A program made the translations under genes and the position numbers. This document shows positions 58,411-64,000 of a stretch of DNA of 64,000 nt, in pieces. The stretch lies in the IMG/VR virus record IMGVR_UViG_3300014204_000114, positions 1-64,000 of that record. The stretch is one strand, 5' to 3'. How positions within the stretch are numbered: position 1 is the first letter of the stretch; each line of letters starts with the position of its first letter. The DNA is from a virus. Its lineage: Duplodnaviria > Caudoviricetes. The notes beneath the pieces were generated by a model. The model ran no database searches and was not told the DNA's origin. It saw only the letters and a list, made by a program, of their open reading frames with translations.

Positions 58411-58695
58411 ATGAGCGCATCATTGTTATGGATGATATCTGTAGCCTTAAGCACCGACATAGGAATCGGTGCGATAGGCTATGCGATTGGCAGATTCCGC
58501 CATAAGCGTGAATTAACAAAACTACAAAATCAATTGTCCGATACATATAAGTTGCGTAATGCGACTTTAAAAGGACAAGAGGAAATTATCAATATGCTTA
58601 GTCAAGCAGAAGATAATGACTCATTAGCCCTTGGGCTCAATGAGAACCTCGAAAGAATATTAACTCTTAAGGACGACCAAGGGTCGTCAATCTAA
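58411..58695 (+). CDS. Membrane-anchored coiled-coil protein (start revised)
   Basis: GGAGG RBS before MSASLL. Confidence 0.6.
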   Translation: MSASLLWMISVALSTDIGIGAIGYAIGRFRHKRELTKLQNQLSDTYKLRNATLKGQEEIINMLSQAEDNDSLALGLNENLERILTLKDDQGSSI

Positions 58696-58708
58696 AGAAG
58701 GAGGAAAT

Positions 58709-58939
58709 ATGAAATACGTAATAGTAGCAATAGCCTGCGTAGCAGGTTATCACATAGGCAAGAGAATTGGCGAATGGTATAGTTACAGAAAAACTTCGAA
58801 GGAGTTTTCCAAGTATATCAATGAGTCAATATGGCAAATGCACGAGAGGAACGTATCGGCTATGCAGAGGGTCAACGACACTCTCAATTCACCGGCACTG
58901 CATGGAGTGGATGCAATTCATTCACAATATAAAAACTAA
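58709..58939 (+). CDS. Small membrane-anchored protein
   Basis: AGGAGG RBS. Confidence 0.65.
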   Translation: MKYVIVAIACVAGYHIGKRIGEWYSYRKTSKEFSKYINESIWQMHERNVSAMQRVNDTLNSPALHGVDAIHSQYKN

Positions 58940-58967
58940 ATAAATAAAATTTATGAAAGGAGACAGC

Positions 58968-59396
58968 ATGTGTCCTAGACTAACAGAGATAAATATATAT
59001 AGTCAAAGCGAATCTGCCTTAGGAAAGTGGATGAGCAATTGGACATTAGAGCCAATCGTGACTGAAGATGGACGCTTTGCGTCTATCGAAGGTTACTGGT
59101 ATTGGCTAGGCTGCAAAAACGATAAGCTTCGCGAGCTACATGGCTTTGAGGCTAAACGTTTTGGTAGACTACAGCAAAGAGTCCGTAGTCTAAGCGAAGA
59201 AGAATTTCGTAAGAAAATATTCATGGCTATCGATATTAAAATCGAAGCCAACCCAGCTATGAAAGAGGCGTTAATAAAATCCGAATTACCATTTAAACAT
59301 TATTATGTATACAGTGGTAATAAGGTAAACGCTGGCTTTCAGTGGCTGGTGGACTACTGGACTAATAAACGCAAACAACTTAAGGAAATAACATGA
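58968..59396 (+). CDS. NADAR-like protein
   Basis: LGKWMSNW...FASIEGYWYWL...K-x-x-G...HYY. Confidence 0.7.
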   Translation: MCPRLTEINIYSQSESALGKWMSNWTLEPIVTEDGRFASIEGYWYWLGCKNDKLRELHGFEAKRFGRLQQRVRSLSEEEFRKKIFMAIDIKIEANPAMKEALIKSELPFKHYYVYSGNKVNAGFQWLVDYWTNKRKQLKEIT

Positions 59397-59629
59397 GCCT
59401 TAAGAAATTGGAAAGAGGAATCTACTACACAGTAGGAAAAATGGACGATGGAAACATTGTCCAGGGATGCTCTAAGGACTGCAAATACTGTCATAAGTAT
59501 TATGGGCCTCACAATATAGAAAGTCGCTGCGAGAATCCAGAAATAACTAAGCATTTTGGCAGGGTTCTGGTCGAACACCCTATAGCAATAACTAGCTGTA
59601 TGTTAATTTACGATTCGAGGATTTTATGA
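59393..59629 (+). CDS. Cys-rich small protein
   Basis: CSKDCKYC...C. Confidence 0.6.
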   Translation: MSLKKLERGIYYTVGKMDDGNIVQGCSKDCKYCHKYYGPHNIESRCENPEITKHFGRVLVEHPIAITSCMLIYDSRIL

Positions 59630-59898
59630 CTCTAAAAGAAAAATTAAAAATAAGCAAAAACATCAACGCACTACCAAAGGATGTGCGTAAGCAATTAGAG
59701 AAAGAGTACATGGACAGATTAGAAGCTCACTGGCCTGGTATTCAGGCCGAGTTCGATACTGTCCTTGGCTCAAGCGTAAAAGCCGGCCTTGGCTGGCTGG
59801 CACGGTTTAAATGCGGCATAGTATTCGGAAGAAAACTGGCCGCAACACATGCTCTAGTTCTAAAGCAACTTCACAGTAAATACTGTAAGGAGGATTAA
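59626..59898 (+). CDS. Hypothetical protein
   Basis: ATGA overlap. Confidence 0.65.
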   Translation: MTLKEKLKISKNINALPKDVRKQLEKEYMDRLEAHWPGIQAEFDTVLGSSVKAGLGWLARFKCGIVFGRKLAATHALVLKQLHSKYCKED

Positions 59899-60270
59899 AT
59901 GGCATTCGATATTATGACAACATTAGCATTAGTGCTAGTGATATGGAAAATTATCTACGATATAGCTACAAGTCGATGGACTCACAAAGATGAGCTGGAA
60001 GCGGAGCTTGACGATGTTATCGACGAGCGAATAGAAATGCTTAATCAAAGCATCCTAATCCATGAGCTTCTAGCTATAGAAGCAAGAATGGTAGGAATGC
60101 TTGCGGTATTAAAGCCTACTCAAGGCTTAGAAGAAGAAGCCAAAAATATAATGGATTCTCTTAATAAGAATATCGCAAGTAGAGATAAACTTAGCGATGA
60201 AATCGAGAATCGATTAATAAGCTTACGATTAAGAGAAGCCGAAATCGAAAAAGAATTACTGAACATCTAA
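59899..60270 (+). CDS. Membrane-anchored coiled-coil protein
   Basis: AGGAGG RBS; N-terminal TM segment. Confidence 0.65.
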   Translation: MAFDIMTTLALVLVIWKIIYDIATSRWTHKDELEAELDDVIDERIEMLNQSILIHELLAIEARMVGMLAVLKPTQGLEEEAKNIMDSLNKNIASRDKLSDEIENRLISLRLREAEIEKELLNI

Positions 60271-60411
60271 TAAAAACTAAGGAGGTCTTCGTGGCAAGAG
60301 CTCCGCCCTAAATATACCATGGACAATATAAAATACACTCCATTCGTTTGGCGGTACCGTAAACCGCCACTGCAATTATAAATTATTTGAAAAATAAAAT
60401 ATAAATATAGT

Positions 60412-60489
60412 CGGGGTGTAGTTTAATAATGCAGAATACCGCCTCTGAGGGGCGGAGACTTGCCGGTTCAAATCCGGCTCCCCCGACCA
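60412..60489 (+). tRNA. Atypical tRNA: Pro-like body, anticodon reads TGA
   Basis: Cloverleaf with T-arm GCCGG-TTCAAAT-CCGGC, anticodon arm CCGCC-TCTGAGG-GGCGG, A73 and encoded CCA. Confidence 0.75.
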
Positions 60490-60499
60490 GCAATAATAA

Positions 60500-60680
60500 T
60501 ATTCCGGTAGGGCGACGCATGCCGAACGAATTTTAAGCCGTTAAAGATTACGAAAGGTATTACAAGGCCACGTAATCAGCGTCGTATTGCAATAATATCC
60601 TCACGGTCTCACTAAAGACTGTGAAACGGGGTTCGTAGGGTTGCCGTAAAGGTTCTTTGGCTCTGCGAGCCCCAAGCAAT
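60500..60680 (+). ncRNA. Putative structured RNA downstream of the tRNA
   Basis: cgacgc/gcgtcg, gattacg/cgtaatc, tcacggtct/agactgtga, ggggttcgtaggg/ctctgcgagcccc stems. Confidence 0.4.
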
Positions 60681-60700
60681 TATAATATTAAGGAAATAAT

Positions 60701-60892
60701 ATGACAGTTAAAGTACAAACTAAAGTAGATATAGTTTGGGAAGACAATGGCGAATGTTCCCGCGAGTGTCCATTTTATGGATACGAATATGTGCAATACG
60801 AGGGAAACATCAAGACATGTCAACACCCAAAATATAAAATAAAATGTCAAATGAAAGAATCTAACAAATTATGCCATAAGGACAACTCATGA
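60701..60892 (+). CDS. Cys-rich small protein
   Basis: CSRECPF...C. Confidence 0.6.
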   Translation: MTVKVQTKVDIVWEDNGECSRECPFYGYEYVQYEGNIKTCQHPKYKIKCQMKESNKLCHKDNS

Positions 60893-61389
60893 TTACGTAT
60901 CACGTAGGAGACATGTTAGAGTCAGACGCAACTATACTGGTCAATCCGGTTAATTGCGTTGGCGTAATGGGTAAGGGGCTTGCCTTACAATTTAAAAAGA
61001 AATTCCCGCAGAATTTCGCAGATTATAAATATCACTGTGACGCTAGCAAAATCGCTCCTGGCGATAGATTGTTACGCCCAGGTTTTACACAAATGTGTGT
61101 TACCGATAATAAAATAATAATCAACGCTGCAACTAAAGACCATTGGAGAGATCCGTCACAAATAGAATGGATAAAAGAAATAGTATACACACTATGCACA
61201 ATGACGATTATTATATCTAAGAATGGATACCATCCTAGTCCATTACAAATAGCGATCCCACCTTTAGGCTGCGGCCTTGGCGGATTAAACAAACAGGACG
61301 TACTGGCAATAATTCTAAAAGGATTCGATAGTTTAAAGAATGATAAAACTATCGATATTCAATTATGGAATTTCAAAGAAAAGGAATAA
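60889..61389 (+). CDS. Macrodomain (DarG/TARG1-like ADP-ribose hydrolase)
   Basis: GDM, VNPVNCVGVMGKGLALQFK, TKDHWR, IAIPPLGCGLGGL. Confidence 0.9.
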   Translation: MITYHVGDMLESDATILVNPVNCVGVMGKGLALQFKKKFPQNFADYKYHCDASKIAPGDRLLRPGFTQMCVTDNKIIINAATKDHWRDPSQIEWIKEIVYTLCTMTIIISKNGYHPSPLQIAIPPLGCGLGGLNKQDVLAIILKGFDSLKNDKTIDIQLWNFKEKE

Positions 61390-61392
61390 ACT

Positions 61393-61647
61393 ATGATACT
61401 AAATGGCGAAATAGTAAATCCTCACAAAATAGGAGACAAAGTAACCTATTACAGATTGTATAACAAGAAGACCAAGAAATATTGGTGCGGATACAACGGC
61501 AAAGAATGGATGGGAGATAAAGAGTACGCAAATGGATACTACCGCACAGACGATGCCGTAGAAGCATTAGCTCTATTCGACAGCCCAAGTATAAAAATAC
61601 AAAAATTCATCACCGTTCTAACAGAAAAAGGATGGATAGAAAAGTAA
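61393..61647 (+). CDS. Hypothetical protein
   Basis: AAGGA RBS. Confidence 0.65.
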   Translation: MILNGEIVNPHKIGDKVTYYRLYNKKTKKYWCGYNGKEWMGDKEYANGYYRTDDAVEALALFDSPSIKIQKFITVLTEKGWIEK

Positions 61648-61880
61648 TGGAAAATCTATCCGCAGAACAAATCGAAGGAGTATTCTGGATGGAAGAAAAA
61701 TGTGAGATTGACGATATATTAGCTCAGTACAGCTCTCCGGGTATGCCGGAGGATTGGAATCCATCTGAAGAAGAACTCGACCAGATGGCTGAATATTACA
61801 GAAACCTCAATTGGGGTAAAGGCGATGTTAAAGAAAGAAAAGAAGAAACGCTCAGCTTATGCGGTAGCGGCGCATTTTAG
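61647..61880 (+). CDS. Small acidic protein (start revised)
   Basis: TAATG coupling. Confidence 0.55.
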   Translation: MENLSAEQIEGVFWMEEKCEIDDILAQYSSPGMPEDWNPSEEELDQMAEYYRNLNWGKGDVKERKEETLSLCGSGAF

Positions 61881-61971
61881 AAACTCAAGCGGTCCTGAGA
61901 AACAAGGCAAAACTAAAAAGAGTTATAAAAGAAAAAAAGTAAAAGATTACTATGAGATGTCCTGGCAATAA
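61825..61971 (+). CDS. 48-aa basic ArfA-like peptide (not in ORF track)
   Basis: MLKKEKKKRSAYAVAAHFRNSSGPEKQGKTKKSYKRKKVKDYYEMSWQ. Confidence 0.5.
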   Translation: MLKKEKKKRSAYAVAAHFRNSSGPEKQGKTKKSYKRKKVKDYYEMSWQ

Positions 61972-62233
61972 ATGCAAGAATAAAAGAGACCAACAAAACT
62001 GTGATAACAGGAATTGCTCGCATTATTACGACCCAAACGACAATAGTAATAATACAAAATGTTTATGGGTGGAAGGCCTAGAGCCTTTATCTTTCGAAGA
62101 GTTGATACTCAAGAAATTAGTGATGCGAAACATCGTGATAACTTATCCTCAGGCGGAAGAAAAAATGGGACTTTCGCAAAGAGAGTTAATAATGTTAGCC
62201 GGCTCTATAAGAAGTAAAGGATACCATTTATAA
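61952..62233 (+). CDS. Cys-rich + HTH-like protein (paralog of 63475-63753)
   Basis: MRCPGNKC-x-N...YYP...IRSKGYHL. Confidence 0.7.
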   Translation: MRCPGNKCKNKRDQQNCDNRNCSHYYDPNDNSNNTKCLWVEGLEPLSFEELILKKLVMRNIVITYPQAEEKMGLSQRELIMLAGSIRSKGYHL

Positions 62234-63474
62234 ACTACCCCACTACAAGTAGCGGGGCTTGCGGTTCCGGAAGGAGAAAGTTAGAGATGAGAGATTGGAC
62301 CACAATAGGCATGTTTATAGATGCCCTTCGGGCTATGTTAATAGCACCATTAAAATCAGCATTTGAAGTATAACTACATATTTCGCAAGAAAATAAGGAT
62401 TGAGACTTTCGATTATGCTTAGAAATGTTACCACATTTAGGACAAGTTCTGGAAGTATTAACAGGAGAGACTGCAATAACAGGAACTCCGAAGAGCTTGG
62501 CCTTATATTCAATAAAACTTCTAAGCTGATAGAAAGCCCACTTTCCAAACTTATCTCTTTGGGCTTTGCTAACCGTTTTACTGAAACCTTTAAGGTTCTC
62601 AAGAGCGATAGCTCTTTGAGTGTCTTTAGCTTTGGAGACAATTTTCTTGGAAATTACATGATTTATATTACGTTTAAAGTTAGACTCTTTTTTAGAGATC
62701 TTCTTAAGATGCTTTTTAGCAGATGTAGTTCCACAGGATTGAAGGTTCTTTCTAAGTTTAGAGTATCTGACTCTGGTATTTTCAACTTCTTGTCCGGAAA
62801 AGAATTCTCCGTCGGAGGTAACGGCTAAATTAACGATACCCATATCAATTCCAAGAATACCTTTGGAACTGATTGGAGTACCATCAGGAACCTCAATGCA
62901 CAAACACAAATAGAGTTCGTTATTATAAAGGATCATGTCTGCTTGACCCTTGATTATTCTTCTATGTAGATTAGCATACTCATAGCAAACAAGAGGAATT
63001 TTAAACCTCCCATCAAGGCTAAGGATACTGACCGTATCCATCCCTTTAAAAGAGAGAATACGTCCATCGTAAACAATAGCAGAATGGGGTTTAAAAACAT
63101 GCAAAGCGGCTCTGCTAGATTTAGCTCTATAAGATTCAGAAACTTTACCAATGGCTCTAACTGTAAGTTGAGCAGAAAGTTTAAAGTTTTCTCTAACATA
63201 TCTATAACAAAGATGATGTAAGTCAACATGTCCAAATTTCTTAACTTCGAAAGCTATCTTAGACACAAAATTACAAGCTTCGTTAAAGACTTCCATAGTC
63301 TTTATAAGAGAAGCTTTCTGCTCTTCGGTAGTGAGAAGCTTAACTTTCAATGTAAGTTTCATAATTTTAGTATAGCATAAAATAAGCTTATAGCAATACT
63401 TTGAAAAATAAATTGAATACTCTAACCGCGCTCCTCCCCGCCCCAAGGGGTGGGGTGTCCGCGCTGAGGTCTTT
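62230..63474 (-). mobile_element. TnpB-only IS200/IS605-family element (IS1341-like), 1245 bp
   Basis: Left-end hairpin cgcggacaccccacc...ggggaggagcgcg; right-end aagccccgctacttgtagtggggtagtttat; no tnpA; removal restores an ATGA gene junction. Confidence 0.85.
62235..63362 (-). CDS. tnpB: TnpB RNA-guided endonuclease (start revised to ATG 63362)
   Basis: MKLTLKVKL HTH start; RuvC GIDMG / IALENL / NADFNGAINI; Zn finger CPKC...CEIC. Confidence 0.92.
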   Translation of the reverse strand: MKLTLKVKLLTTEEQKASLIKTMEVFNEACNFVSKIAFEVKKFGHVDLHHLCYRYVRENFKLSAQLTVRAIGKVSESYRAKSSRAALHVFKPHSAIVYDGRILSFKGMDTVSILSLDGRFKIPLVCYEYANLHRRIIKGQADMILYNNELYLCLCIEVPDGTPISSKGILGIDMGIVNLAVTSDGEFFSGQEVENTRVRYSKLRKNLQSCGTTSAKKHLKKISKKESNFKRNINHVISKKIVSKAKDTQRAIALENLKGFSKTVSKAQRDKFGKWAFYQLRSFIEYKAKLFGVPVIAVSPVNTSRTCPKCGNISKHNRKSQSLFSCEICSYTSNADFNGAINIARRASINMPIVVQSLISNFLLPEPQAPLLVVG

Positions 63475-63753
63475 ATGAAATGCCCAAAAGGCAAATGCCT
63501 TAACAGATTATCAAAAGGGTTAGCTAAATGCGATCCTAAATACGATTACTATTATCCAGAGGATGCGAGTAATTGCATATTAGAGCCCGGAAAAGAATTT
63601 TTGACTCCCGAAGAAGCAAGAGTACTGAAAGTATTAAGAAAAGATGGCGTTCGTTCGTACTCTATAGCTTCTGACATACTAAAAATACCTTATGAAAAAG
63701 TAATAGAAATACATAATCGGATAAGATGCAAAGACTATTATTTAGTTGACTAA
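63475..63753 (+). CDS. Cys-rich + HTH-like protein (paralog of 61952-62233)
   Basis: MKCPKGKC-x-N...YYP...IRCKDYYL. Confidence 0.7.
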   Translation: MKCPKGKCLNRLSKGLAKCDPKYDYYYPEDASNCILEPGKEFLTPEEARVLKVLRKDGVRSYSIASDILKIPYEKVIEIHNRIRCKDYYLVD

Positions 63754-64000
63754 CAAGAACTGAATCCAATTCATTATTCACTGACATAAAGTCATTGAAC
63801 TTAGTTCAATTAATGAAAAACATAGGCCAAAAAAAACTTTTTACTCCCTTTATCCTTATTATAAAAACAAAACCTTAATACTAAATACAATGTATTCTAT
63901 AATTATGTATTATATACTTAAGGCTAAAGTATAAATTTTATGCGAGTATATTTAAGTTATAATATATTCCGAGTATAAAATTTATAACAATGATTCAACA

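Noticed and set aside
48320-63235. Short minus-strand ORFs in the right arm other than tnpB
   Set aside because: Antisense to RBS-supported plus-strand genes, alternative frames of tnpB, or AT-rich spacer noise
63363-63494. 44-aa N-terminal extension of TnpB in the track
   Set aside because: Spans the left-end hairpin, promoter and flanking gene; the typical TnpB start is MKLTLKVKL at 63362
63754-64000. Short inverted repeats in the AT-rich right end
   Set aside because: Weak AT-rich stems truncated by the window edge; no assignable function

Overview
A 64-kb segment of a large contractile-tailed (myovirus-type) dsDNA phage genome using the standard genetic code, with strong AGGAGG ribosome-binding sites and sigma70-type promoters. 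It has two divergent arms meeting in an AT-rich region at ~48.2-48.6 kb. The minus arm (48.2 kb to <1) carries small accessory genes (paralogous Cys-rich families, thioredoxin, DHH and calcineurin-like phosphoesterases, a P-loop kinase), then a morphogenesis module. That module runs: probable TerS, a DEDDh + PD-(D/E)XK nuclease polyprotein, Gly/Ala-rich membrane proteins, TerL, an intein-containing portal with a MuF-like C-terminus, protease/scaffold, capsid, neck, sheath, three tube paralogs, two chaperones, a 1369-aa protein, and a >=1436-aa ORF missing from the ORF track. That last ORF has two-barrel RNA polymerase-like motifs (RHP...DLDAD). The plus arm looks like an early/host-takeover region: single-gene units each closed by a terminator, ssb, structured non-coding RNAs, origin-like repeats, an NAD+/ADP-ribose-related gene cluster, an atypical tRNA, an ArfA-like peptide and a TnpB-only IS200/IS605-family element. 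The best candidate for an undescribed system is a virion-delivered package (putative single-chain RNAP plus repeat-delimited nuclease polyprotein) acting with the promoter-poor, hairpin-punctuated early cassette array. All functional calls come from motifs read by eye; no searches were run.
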